DNA from: an uncultured Microthrixaceae bacterium
GTDB taxonomy: Bacteria; Actinomycetota; Acidimicrobiia; Acidimicrobiales; VFJN01
DNA length: 64,000 nt
NCBI GenBank assembly: GCA_963721695.1
Contig: CAVRKU010000004.1
Location: forward strand, 10,927-74,926
Direction: 5' to 3'
Shown here: in pieces, positions 42,075 to 54,593 of the stretch
Position numbering within the stretch: the first letter of the stretch is position 1
Layout: every line of letters starts with the position of its first letter
Notes under the pieces: generated by a model
Databases searched by the model: none
Told to the model about the DNA's origin: nothing
What the model saw: only the letters and a program-made list of their open reading frames with translations
Translations under genes and position numbers: made by a program

Positions 42075-43031
42075 ATGACCCCCGAACCCGACATCGACCC
42101 GGCGCGGTTCGAGGTGCGCCGCTACGACGGCCGCGGCTTCTCGCAGGCGTACGTCCGTGCCGGGCAGGGGGGCGTGCCGCTCCTGCTGGTGCACGGCTGG
42201 CCGGAGACGAAGCGGATCTACTGGCGCGTGATCGAGCCGCTGGCTGCCGCGGGGTTCGACGTGGTCGTGCCCGATCTCCGCGGGTTCGGCGACAGCGACG
42301 TGGCGCCGGACGGGTTCCACGACGTCGCCGCGCACGTGCGCGACCTGCACGCCCTCGTCACCGACGGGCTGGGCATCCAGCGGATCGTGCTCTGCGGCGG
42401 CGACCTGGGCGGACCCGTCGTCCAGCGCCTGGCGCTCGCCCATCCCTCGTTCGTGGATCGGCTCGTGCTCTTCAACTCGCCCCTGCCCTACGACAAGGAA
42501 CGGATGGCCGGCATGGCCAGTCGCCCGGCGGCGGAGGCCGCCGACTACTTCATGCGCCAGGGCCTGGACGCGGACGGCCTGGCCGCCGACCTCGCCTCGC
42601 CCGAGCAGCGGCGTCGCTACATCGCGACGTTCTACACCTCGCGGTTCTGGGCCCATCCGGGCGCCTTCATGGGCGATGCGCCGGCCGTCTTCGGACCCTT
42701 CGGTGGCACACCGCAGGTCGACTTCCACACCGAGCCCTTCGGCGACGCCGCCAAGCTCCGAGCCTCGTTCGGGGGGTACGAGAGCGTGTTCGATCAGGGC
42801 AAGCAGAGCGAACCCTCGCCGTTGACCCGGAACGAGGACGTGCGAGCCCTGTTGCTGTTCGGGACGTCGGACCACGTCCTCTACCCCGCGTTCGACGAGA
42901 TGGCGGCGGTCGTCTTCCCTGATCACGACGGCCCGCACCGCCTCGACGGCTGCGGCCACTTCGTGCCGTGGGAGGCGTCGGGGCGCCTGGTGGAGCACAT
43001 CACCCGGTTCTGCGCCGACCGGCTGACCTGA
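42075..43031 (+). CDS. Alpha/beta hydrolase (epoxide hydrolase / haloalkane dehalogenase-like)
   Basis: LLLVHGWPET...PDLRGFGDSD...CGGDLGG, with H near the C-terminus (GCGHFVPWE). Confidence 0.8.
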   Translation: MTPEPDIDPARFEVRRYDGRGFSQAYVRAGQGGVPLLLVHGWPETKRIYWRVIEPLAAAGFDVVVPDLRGFGDSDVAPDGFHDVAAHVRDLHALVTDGLGIQRIVLCGGDLGGPVVQRLALAHPSFVDRLVLFNSPLPYDKERMAGMASRPAAEAADYFMRQGLDADGLAADLASPEQRRRYIATFYTSRFWAHPGAFMGDAPAVFGPFGGTPQVDFHTEPFGDAAKLRASFGGYESVFDQGKQSEPSPLTRNEDVRALLLFGTSDHVLYPAFDEMAAVVFPDHDGPHRLDGCGHFVPWEASGRLVEHITRFCADRLT

Positions 43032-43041
43032 CCGAAGACGA

Positions 43042-43896
43042 CTAGACGCTGACGAACGAGGGGCTGTTCAGCGCCGCGGCGTGCAACGCGCCCACCGCCC
43101 GGGCGAGGGCGTCCCTCGGACCGACGTTGTCGACCCGGCTGGCCGCCCCCTTGATCTCCCCCGGGAGGTTGGCCCGGCTCACGCCGGCGGACAGGCGCGA
43201 CCACACCGCGCCGGCGGCTCGCGCGTCACCTCCTCGGATCAGGGCCACGAAGCCATGCACCTCAGGGGCCTCGTGGACGAGGTCCTGCACCCGGAGCTCG
43301 TCCCGAAGGATCCCCGCGATGGCGAGCCGGCAGTCGGCCGCGAGCAGGGGACCGACGTCGGTCTCGATCCCGTCGAGACCCACCACGGTGATGGCGAGCA
43401 CGGCGTCCCCGGTGTCCATGCGGAGGAGCGAGTGGGTGAGGTCCTGGTACGAGGAGATGCCGGCGGGCGAGCGCCAGAGCTTGGGTGACTGCTCGACCTC
43501 GCGGCTGGCCGCTCGACGATCCGCCTGCACGGGGGCATCGGCGAGCGTCGTCCCGACGGCGCTCAGCACGTCGCGGAGGAGCCCCAGGTCGGGCTTGTCC
43601 ACCACCTGCTGGACCCCGAGCCGCCGGAGCTTGGCCCGATCAGGGGCATAGGCCGTGAAGACGACGACGGCGGCGCCGGAGCCGTCGGCCTCGAGCGTCG
43701 CCAGGGTGTGCTCCCCTGATCCGTCGGACAGCGCGACGTCGATCACGAGCACGTCGACGCCGAAGCGACGCACCATCTCCGCCGCGTCGGAGCCGTTGTC
43801 GGTCTCGGCGACGACCTCGAGCCCCGCGTCGGAGCACGCCGACGTGACGGCGGCCCGCACCACCTTGTCATCGTCACAGACCACCACAGTCGCCAA
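43042..43896 (-). CDS. Response-regulator receiver protein with a C-terminal degenerate GGDEF-like domain
   Basis: REC: VVVCDDD...DVLVIDVALSDGSG...FTA. The C-terminal domain LAITVVGLDGIE...LRVQDLVHEAPEVHGFVALIRG lacks a GGDEF signature. Confidence 0.6.
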   Translation of the reverse strand: MATVVVCDDDKVVRAAVTSACSDAGLEVVAETDNGSDAAEMVRRFGVDVLVIDVALSDGSGEHTLATLEADGSGAAVVVFTAYAPDRAKLRRLGVQQVVDKPDLGLLRDVLSAVGTTLADAPVQADRRAASREVEQSPKLWRSPAGISSYQDLTHSLLRMDTGDAVLAITVVGLDGIETDVGPLLAADCRLAIAGILRDELRVQDLVHEAPEVHGFVALIRGGDARAAGAVWSRLSAGVSRANLPGEIKGAASRVDNVGPRDALARAVGALHAAALNSPSFVSV

Positions 43897-44006
43897 ACGA
43901 CGCCACCCCTTGCGTGCCGGACCGGGGGGAGGTTAGCGGTCCGGAGCTCGCAGGCATGCGGGCTACGCTGTCCCCTTCCCCAAACGGGACGGAGGACCCC
44001 GCCGCC

Positions 44007-45109
44007 ATGGCTGACGTCGAGATCGGCATCGGCAAGTCCGGACGTCGTGCCTACGGCTTCGACGACATCGCCGTCGTGCCGAGTCGCCGGACGCGCGACC
44101 CGGAAGAGGTCGACATCGCGTGGGAGATCGACGCCTTCCGCTTCGAGCTCCCGGTGATGGCGTCGCCGTCCGACAGCGTCGTGTCGCCGGCCGTGGCCGC
44201 CGAGCTGGGTCGCCTCGGAGGGCTGGGCGTGCTGCACCTCGAGGGGCTCTGGACTCGCTACGCCGAGCCGGACCCGATCCTCGAGGAGATCGCCACGTTG
44301 GCCGTCGACAAGGCGACCAACCGGATGCAGGAGCTCTACGCCGAGCCCGTGCAACCCGATCTCGTCGAGCAGCGCATCGGGGAGCTCAAGGCACAGGGCC
44401 ACACGGTGGCCGTCGCCTGCACCCCGCCTCGCACCCTCGGGCTGGCCCCGCACATCCTGCGTGCCGAACCTGATCTGCTCGTGATCCAGGGCACGGTCGT
44501 GTCGGCGGAGCACGTGTCGCGCCACAGCGAGCCCCTGAACCTGAAGGACTTCATCCGTCACTACGAGATCCCCGTGGTGGTCGGCGGGTGCACGTCGTAC
44601 CAGGCGGCCCTCCACCTCATGCGCACCGGCGCGGCAGGCGTGCTGGTCGGCGCTGGTTCCGGTGCCGCCGGGACGACGCGCCGGGTGCTGGGCGTCGGCA
44701 TCCCCATGGCCACGGCCATCGCCGACGCGCGTGCCGCTCGCATGCGTCACCTCGACGAGACCGGCGTGTACGTCCACGTCATCGCCGACGGCGGCATGAC
44801 CACCGGCGGTGACATCGCCAAGGCGGTCGTGTGCGGAGCGGACGCGGTGATGGTGGGCACACCACTGGCGGCGGCCGCCGAGGCGCCGGGTCGCGGGTAC
44901 CACTGGGGCACGACGGCCGCGCACGCCACGCTCCCCCGAGGGCATCGGGTGGAGGTGGAGCCGCGCGGCACGCTCGAGGAGATCCTGGTCGGCCCTGCCC
45001 ACGAGGCCGATGGCCAGCGGAACCTGATGGGGGCGCTGCGGCGGTCGATGGCCCTGTGCGGCTACGAGAGCCTCAAGGACTTCCAGAAGGCCGAGGTGGT
45101 GGCGCTCTC

Positions 45110-45113
<4 letters not shown>
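44007..45113 (+). CDS. GuaB3-like IMP dehydrogenase family protein (no CBS insert)
   Basis: [16 protein letters not shown]...[26 protein letters not shown]. Lies immediately upstream of and overlapping guaA. Confidence 0.85.
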
Positions 45114-46959
<1,846 letters not shown>

Positions 46960-47015
46960 GCCGGGCCGACGGTCGACCGGTCGGCCTGTCTGCGGCTTGT
47001 ACCCTCGCCGTCGCC

Positions 47016-47576
47016 ATGGTGATCCGCCTGTCCGTGCTCCTCGCGGTCCTCGTCCTCGCGGGCGGGTGCTCCGGCGGTGGCGACGACGACGATGACGGTG
47101 CCACCCTCGGGAGCACCGGGCCGCCCACCGAGGTGACCGCCCCCGACCTCCCGGCGCCCTCCCCCCCGGGCACCGGGGTGGTGGTCGTCGGCGGCACGAC
47201 CAGCGCGTTCTCGGTGACGGACTGCGAGCTGCAGCCGGAGGGAGCGGACGCCACGAACCTGCTCGTGGTCACCGGGGCGGGCACGACGGCCAGCGGGATC
47301 CCGTTCCAGATCGAGGTGCAGCGGTTCGCCGCCGACAGCGCGGTGGCCGAGACCTTCACCGACACGATCACCTACTCGGACACGGCCCGCATCCTGCAGG
47401 TCCAGCGCTCTGAGGTCGGCGGCGAGGTCAGCGACCTGCGCGACCCCGATGCCCGCAGCACCCTGCTCCGGGTCCGTCCGGACGGGCTCTCGGCCGCCGG
47501 GCTGGCCGGGCCCCCCGGGACGGGCGGCGAGTTCGACGAGGGCATCGTCGGCTTCGCCCTCGACGCGACCTGTTAG
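47016..47576 (+). CDS. Putative lipoprotein
   Basis: Signal peptide with lipobox LVLAGGC. No recognisable domain. Confidence 0.55.
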   Translation: MVIRLSVLLAVLVLAGGCSGGGDDDDDGATLGSTGPPTEVTAPDLPAPSPPGTGVVVVGGTTSAFSVTDCELQPEGADATNLLVVTGAGTTASGIPFQIEVQRFAADSAVAETFTDTITYSDTARILQVQRSEVGGEVSDLRDPDARSTLLRVRPDGLSAAGLAGPPGTGGEFDEGIVGFALDATC

Positions 47577-47598
47577 TCGTCGTCGCTCGCCTGGCCGC

Positions 47599-48535
47599 CT
47601 AGGTGCCGGCGAGCCTCGCGATGACGGGGGCGAAGGGGTCGAGCTGGTCTTGGGAGAGGCCGAGGTAGCTGATGCCCCAGCGCTCGCGGCGCTCGATCAG
47701 CTGATCGCAGATCTGGTCGACGCGTCCCGACGAGGGCGTGCGGCGTCTCGCGGGCCTCGGCGGGGGTGAGGCCGAAGGCCGGGGCGAGCTCGGCGATCAC
47801 GGCCTCCCGGTCGTCGGTGACCATCGCCAGGTGCACCCGGACCTGGAGCTCGATCTCGTCGGCCCGGTCGCCGGCCGCCTCCCGCACCCACGCCACCTTG
47901 CGGTCGGTGGAGGTCGGGCGTGCCGTCGGGGAAGGCCCGCTCGTCGATGACGCCGGCCCGGAGGTTCACGTTGAGGGCGACGATGTCGGCCTCGCGTCCC
48001 GCCAGCCGCAGCACTCGAGGCCCGCCGCCGCCGATCACGATCGGCGGCCCTCCGGGGGTGAGCGGGACGCGGGCGCCCGTCGAGGTCCCTCGATGCGGTA
48101 GTGCTCGCCGTCGTGCGTGAAGGGTCCATCGCGCCCAGCAGCCCTTGAGCACGCTGATCGCCTCGTCCAGCCGGTCGACCCGTCGACCGGCCGCCTCCAG
48201 CGGGATGCCGGCGGCCTCGTAGTCGGCCGTCATCCAGCCGGCCCCGATGCCGAGCTCGAAGCGCCCGCCGGTGAGGACGTCGAGCGTGGCGGCCTCCTTG
48301 GCGACGACGACGGGATGGCGGTAGTCGTTGGCCAGCACCATCGTGCCGACGCGCAGCGCGACTGGTGGCGTCGGCGGCGGCCATCAGGCCGGGGATCGGG
48401 GCGAGGGCCTCGTCGAAGTGGTCGGCGATGGTCAGGGTCGACCAGCCGAGGTCCTCCGACCTTGCGCGCGAGGGCTCGCCAGCCGGCCATGTCCGCGGGG
48501 CCGCGGCACTGGATACCGAACCGGAACGGGTGCAT
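47599..48535 (-). CDS. Luciferase-like monooxygenase (LLM) family oxidoreductase; about 8 apparent frameshifts (possible pseudogene)
   Basis: Fragments: MHPFRFGIQ; MVLANDYRHPVVVAKEAATLDVLTGGRFELGIGAGW; GGPPIVIGGGGPRVLRLAGREADIV; and the C-terminus LIERRERWGISYL in other frames. Confidence 0.6.
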
Positions 48536-48579
48536 GGAGGGCAGTCTGCCCGGCCGGCCGAGGGCTACGGTGCCCGCCC

Positions 48580-49378
48580 ATGGGCGACCTGAGCGGCTAC
48601 GAGAAGGACACCTTCACGTTCGCGGGGAAGACGCGCGACGTGTACCGCAAGGGCGAGGGCCCGGCCGTGCTCGTCTTCGCGGAGATGCCCGGCATCACGC
48701 CGAAGGTGCTCGACTTCGCCGACCGCGTCGTCGAGCTCGGGTGCACCGCGGTCGTGCCCCACCTCTTCGGCGTCCCCGGGGCCGAGATGACCGCCGGCAA
48801 GACCATCAAGGCCATCGCCCCCGCGTGCGTGTCGAAGGAGTTCTCGGCCTGGGCCACCGGCAAGACCAGCCCGGTCGTCGAGTGGTCGAAGGCGCTGGCC
48901 CGCCACGAGCACGAGCGGCTCGGCGGACCGGGCGTCGGGGTCGTCGGCATGTGCTTCACCGGCAACTTCGCCCTCGCCATGCTCCCGGAGCCTGCGGTGA
49001 TGGCGCCGGTCCTCTCCCAGCCGTCCCTGCCGCTCGGGTTCACGAAGAAGGCGCGGCGCGGCGCTCTACATGAGCGACCGCGACCTGGCGACGGTGCAGG
49101 AGCGGCTGGCTGCCGAGCCCGATCTCTGTGTCCTCGGCCTGCGGTTCACCCACGACCGGCTGGTGCCGGCCGATCGCTTCGCCCACCTGCGGGAGGCGCT
49201 CGGCGACCGGTTCGTCGGCGTCGAGATCGACTCCTCCAAGGGCAACCCCCACGGACATCCCGCGACGGCCCACTCCGTGCTCACCGAGCACCTGGTCGAC
49301 GAGCCCGGTCAGCCCACCCGCGACGCCCTCGAGCAGGTCCTCGACCTCTTCCGAACGCGCCTGCTCCAAACCGCCTGA
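48580..49378 (+). CDS. Dienelactone hydrolase family protein (apparent indel near 49055)
   Basis: GPAVLVFAEMPGITP...VGVVGMCFTGNFAL...; the C-terminal part LGLRFTHDRLVP...HSVLTEH is in the next frame. Confidence 0.7.
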
Positions 49379-49386
49379 GCGGCCCG

Positions 49387-51088
49387 TCAGACGGCGGCGT
49401 GAGCGCCGCCGTGGCGCGCGCTCGACGTGGCTCCGGGCGTGAGCGAGCGCGGCGTCGAGCTCTTCGAAGACGTGGTTCTCATGGGCGAGGTGATCGAGCG
49501 CCCCCGTGGCGACGAGCACCCGCAGATGCTCGGGGCGGGGACCCTTCAGGAGCACGGTGATGCCACGATCCTCGAGCTCGGCGACGATCTCGCCGAGGGC
49601 CTGGGCGCCCGTGGCGTCGAGCACCTGGATGTCCGGGAGCCGCAGCACGACGACCTTGGCGTCGCTGACGGCGGTGAGCTCGGTCAGGAACCGCTGGGCC
49701 GCGCCGAAGAAGAGAGCGCCGTCGAGACGGTAGGTGAGGATCCCTTCGTGGAGGAGCGAATCGGATGTGTCGCGGTCGAGCTCCTCCGGGGACACCGGGG
49801 TGACCTGGGCGGTGCGGGCCACCTGGCGCAGCGCCAGCACCGCGGCGGCCACCAGGCCGACCTCGACGGCGAGGATGAGGTCGAAAGCCACCGTGGCAAC
49901 GGCGGTGAGGCACAGCACGATGGCGTCCGAGCGGGTCGCCCGGACGCACCGCGCGGACGTTGTGCACCTCGACCATCCGGACGGCAGTGACCATCAGGAC
50001 GCCCGCCAGCGCCGCCAGGGGGATGCTGGCCCACGAGCTGGCCGGCGAAGAGCACCACCAGCACGAGCACGAGCCGCGTGGACGAGGGCGGCGACGCGCG
50101 TGCGGGCACCGCTGCGGACGTTGACGGCCGTGCGGGCGATGGCGCCAGTGGCGGGCATGCCGCCGAAGAGAGGGGACGCGATGTTGGCGAGCCCCTGGCC
50201 GAAGAGCTCCCGATCGGGGTCGTGGCGCGGCATGTCGGCCATCCCGTCGGCGACCTTGGCCGAGAGCAGGCTCTCGAGCGCGGCCAGCAGCGGCTACCGC
50301 GAGGGCGGCGGAGAACAGCGAGCTGATCTGGTCGAGCGGACACCGAGGGAAGCGACGGGCAGGGGGAGCGAGCTCGGAAGGGTCCCGATGCGGGGCGACG
50401 TCGAGGGAGGCGAGCTCGGCGACGACCGTGGCGAGCCGCGACGGCCATCAGCGAGGCGGGCAGGGCTGCGGTGCAGGCGGGGCAGCACCGACCATGATGG
50501 CCACGACGAGCAGCACGAGGACGACCGTCCGCGCTCCGACCGTGGTCGAGGGCGTCGCCGACGGCCTGCACGGCCACCACGGCAGTGCTCTCACCGTCCG
50601 GCCGGGCACACCGAGGGCGAGCGGCACCTGCTGCAGGAAGATGATGACCGCGATGCCGAGCGTGAAGCCCTCCACGACGGGCCATGGCACGAAGGCGAGG
50701 TAGCGACCGAGCCGGAGGAAGGCCGCCGCCAGCGACGAGGAGCGCCCGCGATGATGCCCGACGACGAGCACGGCATCGGCGCCGAAGCGGGCCACCACGG
50801 GCACGAGCACGACCGTCATGGCCCCGGTGGGCCCGGAGACCTGCACGTTGGATCCGCCGAAGACGGCGGCGACGAGCCCGGCCACGATGGCGGTGACGAG
50901 GCCGGCTTCGGCGCCGAGGCCGGTGGTGATGCCGAAGGCGAGGGCGAGCGGGCAGGGCGACGACACCGACCGTGGCGCCGGCGATGACGTCGCCCCGCCA
51001 CGCTGTCGCGGAGCCCGGCGTAGTCGGCCCGGCGCGGCAGGAGGCGGGCGACAGCCCGCAACGGTGAGCCGTGCGGCAGTCCGTTCAT
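49387..51088 (-). CDS. SulP-family anion permease with a C-terminal STAS domain; many apparent frameshifts
   Basis: N-terminal [17 protein letters not shown]-like segment. TM fragments [36 protein letters not shown]: [18 protein letters not shown]...[24 protein letters not shown]. Confidence 0.65.
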
Positions 51089-51390
51089 CGCTGCGCCGCC
51101 CGCAGGTCGGCGAGGAGACCCTCGGTGTGCGACGAGGGACGAGATGAGGAGGCGCTTGGCCACGGCGAGCAGCTCGGCCAGCGTCGGGTCGACGAGCGAG
51201 TAGATGACGGACGACGCCCTCCTTGCGGGTGGTCACCAGGCCCGCGCGTCGCAGGATGCCGAGCTGCTGGGAGAGGTGCGAGCTCTCGATCCCCACCAGG
51301 GGCTGCATGTCGCTCACGGAGCGCTCGCCTTCGGACAGCACCTCGAGCACCCGGATGCGGGCGGGGTGGCCGAGCGCCTTGAACAGCCTG
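51085..51390 (-). CDS. ArsR-family transcriptional regulator (frameshifted; start uncertain)
   Basis: LFKALGHPARIRVLEVLSEGERSVSDMQPLVGIESSHLSQQLGILRRAGLVTTRKEG. The stop overlaps the SulP start (ATGA). Confidence 0.6.
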   Translation of the reverse strand, partial: QAVQGARPPRPHPGARGAVRRRALRERHAAPGGDRELAPLPAARHPATRGPGDHPQGGRRPSSTRSSTRRWPSCSPWPSASSSRPSSHTEGLLADLRAAQR

Positions 51391-51398
51391 CCCCTGAG

Positions 51399-52262
51399 CT
51401 ACGCCAGCGGACGTCCGAACGGCAGCTGGTCCTGCCAGCTGAGGAGGTGCTCCTCGGCCTTCGTGACGGCAGCCATCCACAGGTTGCTGCCCTCACCCGT
51501 CAGCGCCGCGACGGCGTCGTGCACGCGGAGCATGGCGTCCTCGCCGTCGGGGTCGACGGCGGTGAGGGCCGGCGCAGCCGTCGACAGGAAGTCGGGGACG
51601 ACGACCACCCCCGCCCGGCTCAGCACCGCCAGCGCCCGGGCGGTCACGGGCACGGGGGTGAGGGGCACCACGACCTTGGCCTGCACGGTGGCCGCGAGGT
51701 CGTGCTCGAGCACGCCGGCCTTCCCGGCGACGAGCAGCGCGTCGCAGGCGGTGTCGAAGGAGGCCTGCGGCTGGGGCGTGGCTCCGTTGGCGGAGGCCGA
51801 CGACGCCGCCGCCTCGGTGATCGGGCCGTTGCCGACGATGGCGACGTGCTTCCCGTCGAGGGATCCGAGCGCGCCGAGGGCCGCGGCCACCGCGCTCTCG
51901 CCCGCCGCCGTCTGATCGAAGGCCAGGGCCCGCTCCTCGCCCCGGGCCAGGCCGGCGAGATCATCGGCCGCGATCCCCACTCCGGGACCGGGGAGCCAGC
52001 GGCCGCTCTCCACGAGGGGAGCCACCTCCTCGGTGAAGGCGGCGAGGGCGGCGTCGCGGTCGTCGGGCTTGGCGTTGATGCCCGCCGACGCCCCGCCGAG
52101 CTGCAGGCCGAACGCCGCCATCGCGTACGTGGTGGACCGGGCGAGCAGCTCGGCCCCGTCCTTGAGCACCTTCGGCGCCTGGCGCACCACGCCCACGGAC
52201 GGGGCGTCGCCGAGGTCGAACACGATGAACGCGTCCGTGGAGGTGAGCTTGTGGAACTCCAT
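51399..52262 (-). CDS. Glu/Leu/Phe/Val dehydrogenase-like protein (short form), tentative
   Basis: 287-aa intact ORF with LGGASAGI (compare GGGKGG) and a Rossmann-like VAIVGNGPI. Confidence 0.4.
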   Translation of the reverse strand: MEFHKLTSTDAFIVFDLGDAPSVGVVRQAPKVLKDGAELLARSTTYAMAAFGLQLGGASAGINAKPDDRDAALAAFTEEVAPLVESGRWLPGPGVGIAADDLAGLARGEERALAFDQTAAGESAVAAALGALGSLDGKHVAIVGNGPITEAAASSASANGATPQPQASFDTACDALLVAGKAGVLEHDLAATVQAKVVVPLTPVPVTARALAVLSRAGVVVVPDFLSTAAPALTAVDPDGEDAMLRVHDAVAALTGEGSNLWMAAVTKAEEHLLSWQDQLPFGRPLA

Positions 52263-52272
52263 CAGACTGGTT

Positions 52273-53892
52273 CTACCAGCCGCGAGGCCCGAGAAACGGG
52301 CGCAGCTGCTCGGTGGGCGCCTCGATCGAGCGCAGCGCCTCCACGAGGAGGTCGGCCATCTCCTTGTCCTGATCGCCGCCGGCCTCGTTGCGGACCTCGC
52401 CGGTGGCGTCGGCTTCGCGGCGGTCGTAGAGCACGTCGCCGTCGAAGCGGCCCCCCGCCCAGAACGGGAGGTCGTCGCTCGGGTCGAAGGGCTGCCGGAT
52501 CACGGGCACGTCGCTGCCCGGCAGGTGGTCGAGCCACGCCCGGTCGTCCGGCTTGGGCATCCGGTAGCCGAGGGCACGGATCGGCATCGTCGTCCAGCGG
52601 TTGGAGAACATCGAGATCGGGCGGTTCTCGTCGACCGGGGCCTTGGCGAAGGTGCGGGTGGCGTCGGCCACGTGCACCTCCCGGCCCCACACCCCGCACA
52701 GCGCCCACTCGCGGATCGACGTCGCCGTCCCCTCGAGGAGCGGCACGATCGACTGGCCGTGGGTGCGGTGCTCGGGGGTGACCGAGAACACGTCGCAGAG
52801 CGTGGCGTGCAGGTCGACGGTGGTGGTGAGGGCGCCGTTGGTGGTGGGCGCCACGCCGGGCCACGAGACCAGCAGCGGGATGTGGCCGAGCTCGGGGTGC
52901 ACGGGCACCTGGGGCTTGCCCCAGAACCCGCGCTCGCCGAGGTAGTGGCCGTGGTCGGTGCAGAGGATGAAGGCCGTGGTGTCCCACGCCTGGTGCTCGT
53001 CGACGACGTCGAGGATGCGCCCGAGCCAATGGTCGATCATCGAGAGCTTGGCGCCGTACTGGGCCCGCAGGTGCACGCTCTCGCGGTCGCTGAGTCCGGA
53101 CTGCTCCTGGTTCCGCGCGTACGGCGGCCAGATGATGCGCTCGCCCTCCCAGTCCGGGTCGTAGCGGCTGGCCCACGGCTCCGGCACGTCGAAGGGCTCG
53201 TGCGGGTCGAACTCGTCGACCACGAGCAGCGCCCGCTCCTCGGGACCGCGTTCGGCGCGCAGCTCGTGGTCGAGCCAGCGGGCGGCCGCCTGCATCGTCT
53301 GGGGACCGGGGAAGTCGTCCTCGGCGCGGAACCAGGTGCGGGAGCGGTCGTAGGCGTGCTCCCAGTGCGCCTTGCGGGCGGGGAGGGCGGGCGCCCCGAT
53401 GAAGGACGGGTCGGGCCGGGTGCGCCACGGGTCGTCCTCGTGCCCCCGTAGGTAGTCCCAGGCGCCGAAGTCGGTGTGGTAGTTCTCGCCGCCGCTCTCG
53501 AAGAGGTGCGGGTGGTCGGACACCAGCATCGTGCTGATGCCGGCCTCCCTCCGCAGCAGGTGGGTGACGGCGTCCTCCCACACCTCGATCGATCCCCACG
53601 GCCGCCACGGGAAGTCGAGGGCGCCGACGAGCAGGTCGTGGCGGGCCGGCATGCACGGCAGCGAGCCGGTGTGGTGGTTGGTGAAGCGCACCGAGCGGGC
53701 GGCCAGCCGATCGAGGTTCGGCGTGTCGAACTCCGTGCCGCCGTAGCTGCCGAGCAGGTGCCGGTTGAGGCTGTCGAGCAGCACGACGACGACGTCCCGG
53801 GGCACGCTCACGCCCCGGGACGGTAGCGGCGGACCGCGACCACTGCCGTGGGGTGTCAGGGACCCCTTCGTAGACTCGGACGCGCAGCCCAT
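52273..53892 (-). CDS. Sulfatase (formylglycine-dependent); start uncertain
   Basis: VVVLLDSLNRH..., the C-x-P-x-R motif SLPCMPARHDLL, and LCTDHGHYLGERGFWGK. Confidence 0.88.
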   Translation of the reverse strand: MGCASESTKGSLTPHGSGRGPPLPSRGVSVPRDVVVVLLDSLNRHLLGSYGGTEFDTPNLDRLAARSVRFTNHHTGSLPCMPARHDLLVGALDFPWRPWGSIEVWEDAVTHLLRREAGISTMLVSDHPHLFESGGENYHTDFGAWDYLRGHEDDPWRTRPDPSFIGAPALPARKAHWEHAYDRSRTWFRAEDDFPGPQTMQAAARWLDHELRAERGPEERALLVVDEFDPHEPFDVPEPWASRYDPDWEGERIIWPPYARNQEQSGLSDRESVHLRAQYGAKLSMIDHWLGRILDVVDEHQAWDTTAFILCTDHGHYLGERGFWGKPQVPVHPELGHIPLLVSWPGVAPTTNGALTTTVDLHATLCDVFSVTPEHRTHGQSIVPLLEGTATSIREWALCGVWGREVHVADATRTFAKAPVDENRPISMFSNRWTTMPIRALGYRMPKPDDRAWLDHLPGSDVPVIRQPFDPSDDLPFWAGGRFDGDVLYDRREADATGEVRNEAGGDQDKEMADLLVEALRSIEAPTEQLRPFLGPRGW

Positions 53893-53909
53893 CGTCCAAG
53901 GAGCCCCCG

Positions 53910-54461
53910 ATGACGACCTTGCCCGACCGTCCGAACACCGCCGTGGTGGTGGTCGACGTCCAGAACGGAGTGGTCGAGGGCGCGCCCCGGCGTGACGAGG
54001 TCATCGCCAACATCAACGATCTCGTCGGGCGCGCTCGCGCCGCGGACGTCCCCGTGGTGTGGGTCCAGCACCAGAGCGAGGAGCTGCCCGAGGGGAGCGA
54101 CCAGTGGCAGTACGTGCCCGAGCTCCAGATGGGCGACGGCGAGCCCGTGGTCCACAAGCGCTACGGCGACTCCTTCGAGGACACCACGTTGGAGAAGGAG
54201 CTGGCCGAGCGGGGCATCGGGCGGCTCATCGTCGCCGGCGCCCAGACGGACGCCTGCGTGCGGTCCACCCTCCACGGCGCGTTCACGAGGGGCTACGACG
54301 CCACCCTCGTCAGCGACGCGCACACCACCGAGGACCTCACGGAGTGGGGCGCCCCGCCGGTGGAGCAGGTGATCGCCCACACGAACCTGTACTGGTCGTG
54401 GCAGGCGGCGCCGGGCCGCACGGCCGAGGTCGTTCCCGCCGCGGCGGTCGACTTCGGCTGA
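53910..54461 (+). CDS. Isochorismatase-family cysteine hydrolase
   Basis: TAVVVVDVQNG...KRYGDSFEDT...LIVAGAQTDACVRST. Confidence 0.85.
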   Translation: MTTLPDRPNTAVVVVDVQNGVVEGAPRRDEVIANINDLVGRARAADVPVVWVQHQSEELPEGSDQWQYVPELQMGDGEPVVHKRYGDSFEDTTLEKELAERGIGRLIVAGAQTDACVRSTLHGAFTRGYDATLVSDAHTTEDLTEWGAPPVEQVIAHTNLYWSWQAAPGRTAEVVPAAAVDFG

Positions 54462-54593
54462 GCAAATCGCCGGAAGGCGATCCGGCTTGGCCGGTCGCCG
54501 GGAGGCACGTGCGGAGAGCGCCCGGAGCGAAGCGACGCTCGGAGCACGCATCAGCTCAGGGCCGTCACAGGCGACCGGTAGCGTGGGCGCGTC

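Noticed and set aside
52262-54157. 631-aa minus-strand ORF overlapping the sulfatase gene in another frame
   Set aside because: The 52273-53892 frame carries the CxPxR sulfatase signature. The alternative frame is Arg/Pro-rich with no motifs.
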